This document shows, piece by piece, positions 43,438-57,446 of a DNA stretch of 64,000 nt. The notes under the pieces are model-generated. The model did no database searches. It worked only from the letters and a program-made list of their open reading frames with translations, and was not told where the DNA came from. The DNA is from Campylobacter sp. (lineage in GTDB: Bacteria; Campylobacterota; Campylobacteria; Campylobacterales; Campylobacteraceae). Location: positions 8 through 64,007 of the forward strand of contig JAFLRU010000001.1 of assembly GCA_022511325.1 (NCBI GenBank), written 5' to 3'. How positions within the stretch are numbered: the stretch's first letter is position 1; every line of letters begins with the position of its first letter. Position numbers and translations under genes: made by a program.

Positions 43438-45392
43438 TAAGCTTCTTTTACACTCTCTTCTTTTTCTTTGTTTTCTTTAAGGTCTTCTTGCAAACGAGTT
43501 GGCAGATTGTTACTTTCTTCAAATTCTTTGATAATCTCTCTAACCTTTGCACCCTCAATCGTTTCTTCCTCATATAAGGCTGAAACCATAGTTTCAATAG
43601 CTCCTTTGTAAGTACTTAAGGTATCTTTAACCTCTTTGTATCTTTGGTCTAAAGTCTTTTTAACATAATCATCTAAAGACTCTGCCATTTTTTCGGAATA
43701 ATCCTTAATGGTTTGCCCTCCAGTTAAAAAGGTATTTCTTTGCTTTTCAAGCACCATAAGTCCTGCAATATCACTCATACCATACATAGAAATCATTGCC
43801 TTAATGATATCTGTAGCTCTTTCAAGGTCATTGCTTGCACCAGTTGAAATTTCACCAATAAACACATCTTCGGCTGCTCTTCCGCCCAAAAGCACATCAA
43901 CTTCGGCGATAAGCTCGTGTTTTTGCATCAAAAATTTATTTTCTTCAGGGGTGTTAAGCGTATAACCTAAAGCCGCCAAACCTCTAGGAATCACAGAAAC
44001 CTTGCTAACTTTTTTAGCACCCTTAGTCGTTTCAGCAATCAAAGCGTGTCCGCACTCGTGATAAGTTACAATTTTCTTTTCTTTATCATTGATACGACGC
44101 GATTTTTTCTCAAGTCCTGCAATAGCTCTTTCTACAGCTTCTACTAAATCGTTTTGTTCCACATATCTTTTTGAATCTCTACCCGCTAAAAGAGCTGCTT
44201 CGTTAATAATATTTGCCAAATCAGCACCCGCTAAACCCGCTGTAAGTCTTGCTATATCCTCAACCTTAACCTTTGGAGAAATTTTTACATCTTTCATATG
44301 AACTTTTAAAATATCACATCTGCCTTTAAAATCAGGTTTATCAACTAAAACTTGACGATCAAATCTCCCCGGTCTTAAAAGTGCAGCATCTAAAACTTCA
44401 GGACGATTCGTAGCTGCTAAGACTATTACAGGAGAACTTTCACTTCCAAAGCCGTCCATTTCAGCTAAAAGCTGATTTAAGGTTTGTTCTCTTTCATCAT
44501 TTCCACCCATCATACCACTTGCTGCACGACTCTTACCTATAGCATCAATTTCATCAATGAATACAATGGCAGGAGCCTCTTTTTTAGCATTGTCAAACAA
44601 ATCTCTAACACGACTTGCACCCACTCCCACAAACATTTCTATAAAAGACGAACCTGAAACGCTAAAAAACGGCACATCTGCTTCACCTGCAACAGCTTTA
44701 GCAAGTAAAGTTTTTCCGGTCCCCGGAGGTCCTACAAGTAAAAGTCCTTTAGGAATTTTAGCTCCAAGTTTAATGTATCTTTCAGGATACTTAAGAAAAT
44801 CAACGATTTCTTTAACCTCTTCTTTAGCCTCCTCAACCCCTGCAACATCGTTAAATTTAACCTTTGGTTTTTCAGAATTGACAAGTTTTTTAGAGCTTCC
44901 TATACCGAGTATAGAACTGCCCATATTTTTTTGCATACGAGATGCTAAAAACATCCAAATTCCAAAGAAAATAAAAATAGGTAGAACCCAAGAAAAGAGT
45001 ATATCTGTAAACCAATTTGTTTCAGAATACGCTCCATAAGCTATATTTTTTTGGTCAAGTAAGGTTACAAGATCTGGGTCATTAACTTTTTTAGCTGTAT
45101 AAATGGTATTATGCGAAGAAGAAACCGCTTTAATTGTGGTTTGTCCTATGCTAACTTGATTAATCTGTCCGCTTTCTATAAGCTTTTTAAGCTCAGAATA
45201 CGCGACATTTTTACTGGCTTCATTGCCACTTAAGCCTCCGCTAAAGGAAGCACCTGCATCAAAAAATTTAAAAACAATCACCATCACAATGGCAAAAATC
45301 GCAAAAATAAAAATTGGATTTTTGTTAAAAAAATTTTGTGGGTTTTGTTTAGGATTGTTTTGATTATTTTGGTTGTTATTATTATTCATCAT
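43437..45392 (-). CDS. ftsH: ATP-dependent zinc metalloprotease FtsH
   Basis: Two TM segments, [25 protein letters not shown]; start ATG at 45392 overlaps the prmA stop. Confidence 0.98.
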   Translation of the reverse strand: MMNNNNNQNNQNNPKQNPQNFFNKNPIFIFAIFAIVMVIVFKFFDAGASFSGGLSGNEASKNVAYSELKKLIESGQINQVSIGQTTIKAVSSSHNTIYTAKKVNDPDLVTLLDQKNIAYGAYSETNWFTDILFSWVLPIFIFFGIWMFLASRMQKNMGSSILGIGSSKKLVNSEKPKVKFNDVAGVEEAKEEVKEIVDFLKYPERYIKLGAKIPKGLLLVGPPGTGKTLLAKAVAGEADVPFFSVSGSSFIEMFVGVGASRVRDLFDNAKKEAPAIVFIDEIDAIGKSRAASGMMGGNDEREQTLNQLLAEMDGFGSESSPVIVLAATNRPEVLDAALLRPGRFDRQVLVDKPDFKGRCDILKVHMKDVKISPKVKVEDIARLTAGLAGADLANIINEAALLAGRDSKRYVEQNDLVEAVERAIAGLEKKSRRINDKEKKIVTYHECGHALIAETTKGAKKVSKVSVIPRGLAALGYTLNTPEENKFLMQKHELIAEVDVLLGGRAAEDVFIGEISTGASNDLERATDIIKAMISMYGMSDIAGLMVLEKQRNTFLTGGQTIKDYSEKMAESLDDYVKKTLDQRYKEVKDTLSTYKGAIETMVSALYEEETIEGAKVREIIKEFEESNNLPTRLQEDLKENKEKEESVKEA

Positions 45393-46216
45393 TTTTCCTT
45401 TTTTTGATAAACTAAACTTATCCACTCATTGAATTTAAGGCTCTCAACAAGCTCTAAGTCTTGGAATTTATTTTTAACTCTCGCTTCATACTTATCCAAA
45501 ATTCCAGATAAAATAAGTATAGCATTCTCTTTTAAATGTTTTTTAATATCTCTTTCTAAAACTAAAATCACATCAGCAATAATATTTGCAACAATGAATT
45601 CATATTTGTTTTTAGCCTTTTCTAAAGAACCTTGCCAAATATTTTGAAAGGTAACTTGATTGAGCTTAGCATTGGACAAAGTGCTATTAATAGCTAATTC
45701 ATCAGTATCACAAGCATCAACCTTGCAACCTAATTTAGCTAAAATAATGCTTAAAATTCCGCTTCCACAGCCTAAATCTAAAGCTTTTATACCCTTTTTA
45801 GCAAATTTTTGTAAAAGTTTAATACAAGAATGTGTACTTTCGTGGTGTCCTGAACCAAAGGCTAAGGCTGGGTCGATTTGGATATTAAGATATTTTTTTT
45901 TAGGTTCTTGCCAAGTGGTATGGATATAAATTTCATCAATAAGAATAGGCTCGACGCTTTCTTTATATTTTTCTATCCAATCTTGATTCTCTTTTTTTAC
46001 AAGAGTTTTTTCTAAAAGGACATTTGAATTTGAAAGCCTTTGTGCTAAAAGTTCTAATCCAAAAGATAGTTCTTCTAAATTTTCACTTGAGCGTATATAG
46101 GCACCTGAGTCTCTTTCCTCTATAGCTTCAATCCCCAAATCAAAAACAAAATCAAAAAATAAATCCTTATATTGCTCTTCGACCTTGAAAAACAATTCAT
46201 AATAAAAGTTCTTCAT
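45389..46216 (-). CDS. prmA: Ribosomal protein L11 methyltransferase
   Basis: IDPALAFGSGHHEST, LDLGCGSGIL, VANI, LSGIL; start placed at ATG 46216. Confidence 0.96.
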   Translation of the reverse strand: MKNFYYELFFKVEEQYKDLFFDFVFDLGIEAIEERDSGAYIRSSENLEELSFGLELLAQRLSNSNVLLEKTLVKKENQDWIEKYKESVEPILIDEIYIHTTWQEPKKKYLNIQIDPALAFGSGHHESTHSCIKLLQKFAKKGIKALDLGCGSGILSIILAKLGCKVDACDTDELAINSTLSNAKLNQVTFQNIWQGSLEKAKNKYEFIVANIIADVILVLERDIKKHLKENAILILSGILDKYEARVKNKFQDLELVESLKFNEWISLVYQKKEK

Positions 46217-46238
46217 TTCCGAACTTGATGCAATAAAG

Positions 46239-46631
46239 CTATTCTTCAGGTATTGGATCGCTTCCTGCACCCAAAACATCTTCAAGTTTTTCTTTTAAAA
46301 CTTGCGGTGTAAAAGGCTTAACGATATAGTTATTCACTCCTGCTTTTAAAGCTGTAATAACTTCAGCTTTTCCACCCTCAGTTGTAACCATGATAATAGG
46401 CATATCTTCATATTTTTTTTCGGCTCGAACTTTCTTTACAAGCTCTAAACCATTCATTTCAGGCATATTCCAATCTGTAATTAAAACTTTTACATCATCA
46501 TTTTGTGAAAGTAAATCCCAAGCTTCAACTCCGTGTTCAGCTTCAAGAACATCATTGTGTCCGAGTTTTGTTAAAGTATTTTTGATAATTCTTCTCATCG
46601 TAGAACTATCATCGACAACTAATAATTTCAC
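46239..46631 (-). CDS. cheY: Chemotaxis response regulator CheY
   Basis: VDDSSTMRR, TDWNMP, VKPF; GTG start with AAGGA RBS. Confidence 0.97.
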   Translation of the reverse strand: MKLLVVDDSSTMRRIIKNTLTKLGHNDVLEAEHGVEAWDLLSQNDDVKVLITDWNMPEMNGLELVKKVRAEKKYEDMPIIMVTTEGGKAEVITALKAGVNNYIVKPFTPQVLKEKLEDVLGAGSDPIPEE

Positions 46632-46658
46632 AACTTTGTCCTTTCAAGTTTTTTTGCA

Positions 46659-46722
46659 ATTCTAACAAATTTTAGCTTTAAGTAAAACTAAAAAATTTAA
46701 AAAATAAAGTTAAATTATATCA
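46659..46722 (-). promoter_or_regulatory. Two extended -10 elements upstream of cheY
   Basis: TGTTAGAAT (46659-46667) and TGATATAAT (46714-46722) on the minus strand. Confidence 0.55.
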
Positions 46723-46758
46723 TTTTTTGCTTATATTTTTATTTAATTGAATATATTT

Positions 46759-48528
46759 TCATATCACGCCTTCTTTATTGTGTTTGAATTCTGGCACAAT
46801 TTCTAGTAAAATCTCTGCTATATTTTCATTTTGTTTTAGTCTTTGAATTTGAGAATTTAAAAAATCTAAACTCATTTTTTCACTTTTTGTTACAAAAATA
46901 CTTTCATATTTAGTTTGAACATCTTTTTCATCAATCAAAAGTTCTTCAAAAAGCTTTTCACCCTTTCTAAGTCCTGTAATTTTAATTTCTAAATCATTGC
47001 GATTTGAAAGTATGAGCATTTTTTTAGCTAAATCCATAATTTTAACAGGCTCACCCATATCAAGCACAAAAAGCTCTCCACCCTTTGCAATCGCTCCAGC
47101 TTGCAAAACAAGCTGCACTGCTTCACCTACAAGCATAAAATAACGCACAATGTCAGGGTGAGTAAGTGTTAAAGGTTGTGAAGCTGCAATTTGAGCTTTA
47201 AATTTAGGAATCACGCTTCCACTCGAACCTAAAACATTACCAAAACGCACACAAGAAACCTCAAAATTCTCATCACTTAAATTTAAGGTATAAAGCTCAC
47301 AAACTCTTTTTGAGCAGCCCATAATACTAGTAGGTCTAACAGCTTTATCTGTGCTAATCATCACAAATTTTTTTACCCCATTTTTTTTAGCTAAATCACT
47401 TAAAATTTTCGTGCCAAGTATATTATTGATAACTGCTGAATGTGGATTTTGCTCACAAAGTGGCACGTGTTTATACGCAGCTGCGTGCAAAATTAAATCA
47501 ATCTTATAACTTTTCAAAAGCTTATCCAAAGCTTCTTCATCTAAAATACTTAGCAAAATAGGATTAATCTTTTGCTTATAAGCACTAAGCTCTTCATTGA
47601 TTTTATAAAGATTAAATTCGCTATGATCAAGCATTATAAGACTTTTTGCACCAAATTTAATACATTGCTTACAAAGCTCACTTCCTATAGTTCCACCTGC
47701 TCCACTGACTAAAACCACTTTATCTTTTAAAAATTCAGCTACAGCACCTGCGTCTAAATCCTTAGGTTTTCTTGCAAGTAAATCTTCAATGCTAATATCT
47801 CTTGCCTCATTTGTAGTGAAAGAAAAAAGCTTAACATCGCTAATTCCATAACCTACAAGCTCCTCAAAAAGCTTCTTAAGTTCTTCTTGCTCAAGCTTTA
47901 AAGCAATAATAGCTGTTTTAACACCTTGTTTTACATAATCTTCGATTTTGCTTTTTTCTCCAACAATGAATTTATCACAATATGCTCCTATAAGTTCTTT
48001 TCTCCCATCGACAACACCCACAGGAAAAAGTCCCAAACTCCCTTCTTTTGCACCCTTTAATAAATGTAAAGCCTTAGAAGTTGCACCCACGACAATACAA
48101 GGAAGTTCCTCGCTTTTAACCCTAGAAGGCTTAAAATCAATCAGCATTCTTTTACTAATCCTTAAAGTTCCTATAAACATATAAGAAAGCACAAAATCAA
48201 TGCCTACAACACTTCTTGGAAAAGGATTAAAAAAATCACTAAAATAATAAAAAATCAATAAAAACACGAGTTCAGCAAAAGCAAGAGCGAAAAAAATTTT
48301 TCTTGCTTCATTTAAAGAAAAAAACCTCCACGCTACTCTATAAATTCTAAAAGCAAATAAAAATAAAATCTTTAAAACAAGCAAAATAATCCCTGCTTTT
48401 ATCATTCCTTCATAAAAAATCCTTGGAATATCCCCACTAAATCTTAAAGAAAAGGCTAAAAAGATTGAAAGAGAAAATAAAATTACATCAAAACTTAGAA
48501 AAAACAACAATCTCTTACTTTTATACAT
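46759..48528 (-). CDS. pglF: UDP-GlcNAc 4,6-dehydratase PglF
   Basis: N-terminal TM segments, [32 protein letters not shown]; start ATG at 48528. Confidence 0.96.
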   Translation of the reverse strand: MYKSKRLLFFLSFDVILFSLSIFLAFSLRFSGDIPRIFYEGMIKAGIILLVLKILFLFAFRIYRVAWRFFSLNEARKIFFALAFAELVFLLIFYYFSDFFNPFPRSVVGIDFVLSYMFIGTLRISKRMLIDFKPSRVKSEELPCIVVGATSKALHLLKGAKEGSLGLFPVGVVDGRKELIGAYCDKFIVGEKSKIEDYVKQGVKTAIIALKLEQEELKKLFEELVGYGISDVKLFSFTTNEARDISIEDLLARKPKDLDAGAVAEFLKDKVVLVSGAGGTIGSELCKQCIKFGAKSLIMLDHSEFNLYKINEELSAYKQKINPILLSILDEEALDKLLKSYKIDLILHAAAYKHVPLCEQNPHSAVINNILGTKILSDLAKKNGVKKFVMISTDKAVRPTSIMGCSKRVCELYTLNLSDENFEVSCVRFGNVLGSSGSVIPKFKAQIAASQPLTLTHPDIVRYFMLVGEAVQLVLQAGAIAKGGELFVLDMGEPVKIMDLAKKMLILSNRNDLEIKITGLRKGEKLFEELLIDEKDVQTKYESIFVTKSEKMSLDFLNSQIQRLKQNENIAEILLEIVPEFKHNKEGVI

Positions 48529-48530
48529 CT

Positions 48531-50276
<1,746 letters not shown>

Positions 50277-50290
<14 letters not shown>

Positions 50291-50879
50291 TGAATTTTTC
50301 CGTTGTAACATAACCTTGCTTATTAACCCCACTTCGTTTAAGAACCTTAAGCGTGGTTAAAAACAAAATTTTTAAATCAAGCCAAAAAGAAATATTTCTC
50401 ACATAATACACATCAAGTTCAAATTTTTTTTGCCACGATATATCGTTGCGTCCGTTAATTTGAGCCCAACCTGTAATACCCGGTCTAACTTTATGCCTTA
50501 GTTTTTGCTCTTCATTATAAAGGCTTAAATATTCGCAAAGCAAGGGTCTAGGTCCCACAAAACTCATATCTCCTTTTAAAACATTAAAAAGTTGCAAAAG
50601 CTCATCTAAACTCAAAGCCCTAATAACTTTTCCAAAGGATTTTAAACGAAGTTCATCAGGCAAAAGCTCTCCTTTTTCATCTCTTTCATCACTCATTGTC
50701 TTGAATTTATAAATTTTAAATTTTTTTTCATCAAGTCCGGGTCTGATTTGAGTAAAAATCACGGATTTTTGAGTAAGTTTTAAAAGTAAAGCTACAAATA
50801 AAATCAAAGGCGAAAAAAGCACTAAAAGCACCAAAGCTAAACAAAAATCCAAAACTCTTTTGATAAAATTCTTATACAT
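50277..50879 (-). CDS. pglC: Phosphoglycosyl transferase PglC
   Basis: [29 protein letters not shown]. Confidence 0.96.
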
Positions 50880-52011
50880 TTTTAAGCCTTTTTATTTCTT
50901 CATCATAAGCTTCTAAATATTTTTTAGCAATGAAATTTTCATCATATTGTAAAGCATCTTTAAAAGCATTTTGCCCAAGATTAATCCTAAGTCTTTCATC
51001 TTCTAAAAGCAAAGCAATCTTTTGGGCTAAATCCTTAGAATCCTTTGTTCTTGCAAAAAGCCCATCATAACCATTTTGCACCGCTTCAATACAGCCTTCA
51101 CAATCACTTACCACACAAGCTTTAGCACAAGCTTTAGCTTCTAAAATTGTTACAGGAAAGCCTTCTTTATAACTTGGCAAAACAAAAATATCACAAAGAT
51201 TAAGCAAAAATGCAATATCTTCTCTAGCTCCCAAATAAAACACACAACCTGAAGTTAAAAATTCAAGCGAAGCACAGCTTGGATTTTCATCGCATCCGCC
51301 TACTAAAACGAAATTTGCTTTATCTTTCAAAAGCTGTGCTGCTTCATAAAATTCTTTAATTCCTTTATGCCACAAAGCCCTTGCTATCATTAAAACCATA
51401 GGTTTTTGAGGCATTTTAAATTCTTTAAAAAACTGCTCTTTAGCCGCTAAAGGAAGGTGTAAAGGAAGAAATTTTTTAAGATTAACACCCACAGATTTTA
51501 TAATGCAAATTTTTTCATTTTTCAGCCCTAAATTTCGCATAAATTCAGCATCACTAGAATTAACAAAGATGAATTTATTGGCAAGTTTAAAACTGATTTT
51601 GTATAAAAGATTGATATTTAAACGCACAATTTTACTTTTAAAATCCTCACTAATATAAAAAGAACCAAGCCCCTCAACAAGTGCAAAAATATAAGGAATT
51701 TTAGCACATTTTGCAGCAATGACTCCAAAGGTATTGCTTTTATGGGCTGCACTTTGGATAAAATCTAAATTCAGGCTTTTTAATAACTTTTTTAAATGCA
51801 AGAAATTCTTAAAAACAACAAAGGGATTAACACTGCTTCTGCTTAGTTCATAAACAACGAGCTTAAGTCCTAAATTTTCAAGTTTTAAAGTATAATCATC
51901 TTTTGGCACAATCACAAATACTTCATCACCTCTAGCCTCCAAAGCTCTAATAATCGGCATTCTAAAATGATAAATACTCATACCCGAATGACTTAAAAAT
52001 CCTATTTTCAT
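50872..52011 (-). CDS. pglA: GalNAc transferase PglA (GT4)
   Basis: EGLGSF and PSYKEGFP motifs; position in the pgl locus. Confidence 0.94.
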   Translation of the reverse strand: MKIGFLSHSGMSIYHFRMPIIRALEARGDEVFVIVPKDDYTLKLENLGLKLVVYELSRSSVNPFVVFKNFLHLKKLLKSLNLDFIQSAAHKSNTFGVIAAKCAKIPYIFALVEGLGSFYISEDFKSKIVRLNINLLYKISFKLANKFIFVNSSDAEFMRNLGLKNEKICIIKSVGVNLKKFLPLHLPLAAKEQFFKEFKMPQKPMVLMIARALWHKGIKEFYEAAQLLKDKANFVLVGGCDENPSCASLEFLTSGCVFYLGAREDIAFLLNLCDIFVLPSYKEGFPVTILEAKACAKACVVSDCEGCIEAVQNGYDGLFARTKDSKDLAQKIALLLEDERLRINLGQNAFKDALQYDENFIAKKYLEAYDEEIKRLKNV

Positions 52012-54377
52012 ATCTTTAGTTTAAACACCTTTGCTTCGTTAGAATTCACAATAAGTTCAAAGAGATTTTCATCGTAATTTCCTAAGAAAAACATTTGAAC
52101 AAAAGCACTATTAAACATAGTTTTATCCATTAAAATAAACTGGAAAGACGCACTTGTATCTTTGATATAAAAAAGATAAAAATCTGCACTTTCATCAATA
52201 GGAATAAACTTATAATCTTTTTGACGAATGGAGTTAAATTCCACCAAACTATGAAGCGGATAAATTTTATCATTAAAAATAAAACTTCTAAAATCATTAC
52301 TAAGCAAAATGCCATTGCTTAGATAGATAAGCCCATCATCTTCACCGCGGTAAAAGGCTGGAGAAAAAGTAAAAGTATTTTCAAGCTCGCCATTTTCCAA
52401 ACTCATATAAGAAAAACTTGCCACAGTTGGAAAAATAGCTGTCATTCTTACAGGAAAATAAATATAAATATCCCTAGTTTTTGGAGTTTTTAACTTAAAA
52501 TCATTTTTACCTAAACTTGCTAAAAACAAATCCACATTGCTATTATTATAATCTTTCATCATAGCTTGCAACAAATCTTCATACGGCGTTTTAAAGCTTT
52601 TTTCTGTGTATTCTACGCTAAGTCTTGCCATATTTGCCGCAGCTCTTTGCTCTTTGCTTAGCACAAAAGAAGGAAAGAAATTATCCTTACCCAAATGCTT
52701 ACCTCCATCCGCTAAAGTTTTTACATCACTATAATAACGAATAGGATAACCATAATCCCACCAAGCTACGATATAATCCTCTCTTGAAACTTTATTTTTA
52801 AGCTCATTTAAAAGAGCAGCTTCATTATGATTAAAAACGGTAGGAACCCTATATTCATAGATATGTTTAAAGGCAAAAAATAAAGCAAAGAGCAAAATTG
52901 CTACCATAGAGGTAATTTTTGCTTGTTTGATTTGTTTTTTGCGTAAAAGCTCAAGCACAAAAGGAGTAAAAATGCTTAAAATCAATAAAAGAAACAATAA
53001 TGAATTTTCAAAATACAAATCAGAAAAAATCTTAAAATACGAAACTTTTTCCAAAACAAAGTCATTTTCGCTTAAATTCCATAAAAACTCTATCAAAGAA
53101 AAAGCAATAAAACCAAGCAATAAAACCAAGCAATAAAGCTTAATTTTTCTTAAATTTCCGAGTTTTTTTAATTCTAAATTTTTAAACTCTTTTAGAAATT
53201 TCATACTTAAAAAACCAAAACCTAAAGCCATTATAGGCACAGCATAAATCGTAAAACGAAGTCCGCTTTTTAAAGCCAAAAAACCAAGAAAAAGCATAGG
53301 TAAAGCCAAAATCATAGTTTTATGTTCTTTAAGAAGCCAAAGAAAGCCTAAAAAAGAAAACACAAACACCATAACACTTGTGCTAATTCTTTGCATAAAA
53401 ACATCTAAATCAATATTTTCAGTTTCTTGTATGGTTTTGCTTACATTAAAATACGCAAAACCTTGAGCTAAATTTGCACTCTCATCAGCCCTAAAAATAT
53501 AAAAACGAAGCTGATAAAGTATAGGATCAATTCCTCCACTAAAAATCAAAAATATCAAAGTTACAATACCCAAAGTGATGATAAAAGAAAATTTAAAAGA
53601 ATTTTGTTTTAAGGCAAAAAATGCAAAAAGTATTACGATTATAGCACTTTGATAAAACCAAGCAATGTTTGAAAGCGTAAGCGAACTAAGAATCACTGCG
53701 ATATAAAAAAGCTTTTCATTTCTATGAAAAATCAAAGTATAAAGGAAAAAAAGTCCTATCAAAGAAACATTTAAAGTATAACTTGAAGGATACCACCAAA
53801 GATAAATTCCTATAAATAAAGGCAAGGCGATTAAAGAGAAAAAATCTTTTTTTAAAATAAGCCTTATCATAAAAAATAAAATAAACATCGGCAAGACTAT
53901 AGCAAGCATATCTGTGTCATAATACCCGCTCATCGTGCGGTTATAATAGCTATTTGCAATACTAGCTATTAGTGCTGCGATAAAGCCCATTAAAGGACAT
54001 TTGTATTCTTTAGCGATTAAAATAATAGGCACAACAATTAAGGAAGAAAAAAAGGTGCTCATATACAAAATAATAGTCTCAAAGCTCCAAGGAGTAATCT
54101 TATAAAGCCAAAAAGTAAGACTTGAGAGTGAGCTTCCATAGTAAGAAAGATCATTTTCTTGATGAAATCCTGCTATCATATCCCTTGCACCCTCAGCAAA
54201 GGCATAGCCATCATTTGAAACAATCATTAATTCATCATTAAAAAAATATTGCGTAAAAGAACTTGCCCAAAATACCCAATAAAATCTACACAATACGCTA
54301 AAACCGAAGGCTATAACGATAAATGAAAGCAAAATAAAATTTTCATTTTTCAAAAGTTCTTTTTTTAAAAGTTGCAT
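52008..54377 (-). CDS. pglB: Oligosaccharyltransferase PglB (789 aa, with internal insertion)
   Basis: SNDGY, YYDTD, TIQE, WWDYGY, DGGKH and MxxI motifs. Confidence 0.97.
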   Translation of the reverse strand: MQLLKKELLKNENFILLSFIVIAFGFSVLCRFYWVFWASSFTQYFFNDELMIVSNDGYAFAEGARDMIAGFHQENDLSYYGSSLSSLTFWLYKITPWSFETIILYMSTFFSSLIVVPIILIAKEYKCPLMGFIAALIASIANSYYNRTMSGYYDTDMLAIVLPMFILFFMIRLILKKDFFSLIALPLFIGIYLWWYPSSYTLNVSLIGLFFLYTLIFHRNEKLFYIAVILSSLTLSNIAWFYQSAIIVILFAFFALKQNSFKFSFIITLGIVTLIFLIFSGGIDPILYQLRFYIFRADESANLAQGFAYFNVSKTIQETENIDLDVFMQRISTSVMVFVFSFLGFLWLLKEHKTMILALPMLFLGFLALKSGLRFTIYAVPIMALGFGFLSMKFLKEFKNLELKKLGNLRKIKLYCLVLLLGFIAFSLIEFLWNLSENDFVLEKVSYFKIFSDLYFENSLLFLLLILSIFTPFVLELLRKKQIKQAKITSMVAILLFALFFAFKHIYEYRVPTVFNHNEAALLNELKNKVSREDYIVAWWDYGYPIRYYSDVKTLADGGKHLGKDNFFPSFVLSKEQRAAANMARLSVEYTEKSFKTPYEDLLQAMMKDYNNSNVDLFLASLGKNDFKLKTPKTRDIYIYFPVRMTAIFPTVASFSYMSLENGELENTFTFSPAFYRGEDDGLIYLSNGILLSNDFRSFIFNDKIYPLHSLVEFNSIRQKDYKFIPIDESADFYLFYIKDTSASFQFILMDKTMFNSAFVQMFFLGNYDENLFELIVNSNEAKVFKLKI

Positions 54378-54380
54378 TTT

Positions 54381-55478
54381 TTATCCTAGTAAATATTTTA
54401 AAGCCATTCTAGCAATTTTTACCTTATCAAAATCCAAAGCACGAATTTTAGCCTTATTTTTATAAGCTTTTCGCAGCCTCTCATCTTCAAGCATAAGTTT
54501 TAAACCATTAAACATACTATTTTCATCATTTACCTTAACCAAAAGTCCAAATTCATCATTGCCAAAAAGCTCTCTAGCTCCACTTTTGTGATCAGTACAA
54601 ACCACAGCACAAGAACAGGCTAAACTTTCAATCAAAACATTAGAAAAACCCTCAAAAACAGAAGCAAAAGCAAAAAATTCACATTTGCTCATATATTTAT
54701 AAGGATTTGCATCAAAACCCAAAAGCAAAACTTTATCTTCTAAATCAAGGCTTTGTATAAGGCTTAAAAGCTCATCTTTCAACACACCCTCACCCAAAAT
54801 CACAAGTTTCAAATCTGTTGCTAGTCTCGCATAAGCTTTAATTAAAAGCTTATGATTCTTTCCCTCATCAAGTCTTCCGACACTAAGTATAAATTTTGCT
54901 TGCAAAGAAATAGGCTCTGTGGCTTTTTTTTCAATATTTTCTAAATCAATGGCATTGTATAAAAGTTCGCATTTTGAATTTTCAATTTTGAAATTTTGCA
55001 CCAAATCTTCTAAATTTCCTTTGGAATTTGGCAAAATCAAATCCGCCTTAGGATACAAAAAACGGATTAAAAAACGATTGATAAAAGAATTTGCATTATT
55101 TTTAGCATACATTGCACTTGGAGTTGTGCATTCATTAATAACTAATCTTGCTTTCAAACCGAAAATTCTTGCAAACAAAGAGATGTAATTAGGACGATTT
55201 AAAAAAACAAATTGAATATCTATACCTAGGCTTTCACAGAGTTTTTTGTATTTTAAAGCCAAGATAGGAAGTTTTAAAAATTTCATCAAAGCTTTTTCGT
55301 TCGGACTTGATTTCTCTAAAAAATGGACTTTACAAGGAGGAATTTCATAAGAAATTTTATCATTCATCAAAATCAGATGCACCTCAAATTTCAAATTTAA
55401 AATCGGCAATAAAGTCGCAACGACCCTTTCAGCTCCACCACTTCCCAAAGAATAAATGAAAATTGCTAGTTTTTGCAT
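54381..55478 (-). CDS. pglJ: GalNAc transferase PglJ (GT4)
   Basis: GSGGAERV, NECT, FEGFSNVLIE; start ATG at 55478. Confidence 0.93.
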   Translation of the reverse strand: MQKLAIFIYSLGSGGAERVVATLLPILNLKFEVHLILMNDKISYEIPPCKVHFLEKSSPNEKALMKFLKLPILALKYKKLCESLGIDIQFVFLNRPNYISLFARIFGLKARLVINECTTPSAMYAKNNANSFINRFLIRFLYPKADLILPNSKGNLEDLVQNFKIENSKCELLYNAIDLENIEKKATEPISLQAKFILSVGRLDEGKNHKLLIKAYARLATDLKLVILGEGVLKDELLSLIQSLDLEDKVLLLGFDANPYKYMSKCEFFAFASVFEGFSNVLIESLACSCAVVCTDHKSGARELFGNDEFGLLVKVNDENSMFNGLKLMLEDERLRKAYKNKAKIRALDFDKVKIARMALKYLLG

Positions 55479-56389
55479 AAAGCCACCCGAATTTGCGATA
55501 ATTTTGCTATAAAACTCTTTGGAATTATACTCAAACAAAGTAAAATTAAAGCGGGAGTGTTAAATTTTATCCTTAAACTTTTATAAAGATAAAAATACAT
55601 TTTTCCAAACTCACCGGCAAATTTAGCATAATAAGCCGCCATTTTGTAATGACTCGCACAAGCACTTTTATAATCCTCATCTTTGCTAAGTTCTAATTCT
55701 TTTTCCAAAAGCATAGCAAGTTCAGCATAGCCTAAATACACACGATTTGCATTCTTAGCTGCACCCAAAGTTACGCTATCTTCCCTTTTAATCCTATAAA
55801 TTCTAAAAGCCTTATGGATATAAAAACTTTTTTCATCGTATAAATTAATCCAAAGTGTGGCTTCATTTCCATAAAAATCTTCATTAAATCTCTTACCTTT
55901 AAGCAAAGATTTTTTAAAAACTGAAAAAAATTCCCCTTTAAAGCTCTGCATTAAAAAATCTTTTTTACTAAGTTCAGTGTCTTTATCTAAACCCATTCCA
56001 CTGAATTTAGAACTTAAAACCCCATTTTCTTCAATCAAACAATTTCCCAAAATATGAGAATAACCCTGTTTTGACAACAATTCACTCAAAGCTCCGCCCA
56101 AAAGCTCATCATCATCATCTAAAAAACTTATAAATTCTCCATTTGCATAATCTAAGCCATTATTTTTATTGCCGTTTGGACCCTGCTTGTATTTAGTATT
56201 TAACACATACCTAATGCGATTATCTTCTTCTCTCATTTTTTTGACAACTTCCTCAGTTTCATCACCTGAATTATCATCACTAATGATAATTTCTAAATCC
56301 TTAAAATCTTGTTCTTGCACACTTTTAACAGCTTTTTTGAGTAAATTTGGGCGTTTAAAAGTCGGGATAATCACTGAAAGTTTAGGCAT
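55466..56389 (-). CDS. pglI: Glucosyltransferase PglI (GT2)
   Basis: SVIIPTF, DDNS, GPNGNKNNG, FLDDDD. Confidence 0.92.
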   Translation of the reverse strand: MPKLSVIIPTFKRPNLLKKAVKSVQEQDFKDLEIIISDDNSGDETEEVVKKMREEDNRIRYVLNTKYKQGPNGNKNNGLDYANGEFISFLDDDDELLGGALSELLSKQGYSHILGNCLIEENGVLSSKFSGMGLDKDTELSKKDFLMQSFKGEFFSVFKKSLLKGKRFNEDFYGNEATLWINLYDEKSFYIHKAFRIYRIKREDSVTLGAAKNANRVYLGYAELAMLLEKELELSKDEDYKSACASHYKMAAYYAKFAGEFGKMYFYLYKSLRIKFNTPALILLCLSIIPKSFIAKLSQIRVALCKN

Positions 56390-57446
56390 TTTCTCTTAAC
56401 TCCGCTATCAAACTAAGCCATTTTGCTTTAATATTTGAAATTTCATAATTCTCACATCTTTTTTTTGCCTCATTCACCAAAGCAAGTCTTAAATTCTCAT
56501 CATTTAAAACTTCACTAATCCTTTTTGCCATAGTTACATCATCATCGCAAGGAACGATAAAACCATCTTTTAAATCTTCTATCAAATCCCTAGCCCCGTC
56601 TGTATAAGCCGTTGAAATTCTGCACACTTCAAAATACAAACTTTCGATTAAAACCGTTGGCAAACCCTCTATGAAAGAGCAAAGACAAAGAACTTTTGCC
56701 CTTTCATAAAGACTTTTTATATCCTCAACCCTACCTAAAAATTTAATATTTAAATCCTTTGCCTTAAATTCTAACTCCTCCTTAAGTTCTCCATCTCCAG
56801 CCACGACAAATTCGCAGTTTTCACGCAAAGTTTTATCTAAATTCTCAAAAGCTCTTAAAAACATCTGTGGATTTTTATTCATATCGAGTCTTCCTACAAA
56901 AAGCACAAGATTTTCTTTTTTAAATTTCTTATTTTCCAAACTAAAATGACAAGGATTTGAAAGCAAAACAACTTTTTTAACAAATTTTTCATAATAATTT
57001 TTGTCTGAACTTGAAAGAACTGTTAAAGCATTTGCATAAGGATAAGTAAAATTTCTTAAAAATCTCCAAATTTTAGGCTTTAAATAGCTTTGATGACTAT
57101 GCTCACTAACAATTAAAGGAACTTTTAAACCCCATTTTGCAGCAATACAAGCAATATTTGTCGTGTCTAAAAAAGAAATAAAAATATCGCTTTTACTTTC
57201 TTTAAGAGCCAAACGCAAGGCAAAGAATTTTTTAAAACGACTTGCAATTTTATGATAAATCGTGTCAAAAGGAAATTGTGGCAAGGTTTTTACACAAATT
57301 TCGCTTTCAAGAGGATAAAAAGAATCTTCTTTATGAAATTTTATAATATCAACTTGATGTTCCTTACAGAGTGCATTTGCTAAGGTTACCAAAACCCTTT
57401 CAGCCCCGCCAGAATTTAAAGTTGCTATGATAAAAGTGATTTTCAT
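56382..57446 (-). CDS. pglH: Processive GalNAc transferase PglH (GT4)
   Basis: [20 protein letters not shown]; basic ruler helix HKIASRFKK. Confidence 0.93.
   Translation of the reverse strand: MKITFIIATLNSGGAERVLVTLANALCKEHQVDIIKFHKEDSFYPLESEICVKTLPQFPFDTIYHKIASRFKKFFALRLALKESKSDIFISFLDTTNIACIAAKWGLKVPLIVSEHSHQSYLKPKIWRFLRNFTYPYANALTVLSSSDKNYYEKFVKKVVLLSNPCHFSLENKKFKKENLVLFVGRLDMNKNPQMFLRAFENLDKTLRENCEFVVAGDGELKEELEFKAKDLNIKFLGRVEDIKSLYERAKVLCLCSFIEGLPTVLIESLYFEVCRISTAYTDGARDLIEDLKDGFIVPCDDDVTMAKRISEVLNDENLRLALVNEAKKRCENYEISNIKAKWLSLIAELRENA

Noticed and set aside
44557-45039. 160-aa antisense ORF inside ftsH
   Set aside because: Reverse-frame artefact of a conserved gene; no recognisable motif
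45330-45392. Asn/Gln-rich repeat at the FtsH N-terminus
   Set aside because: Short imperfect low-complexity tail; I recall similar tails in other Campylobacter FtsH proteins
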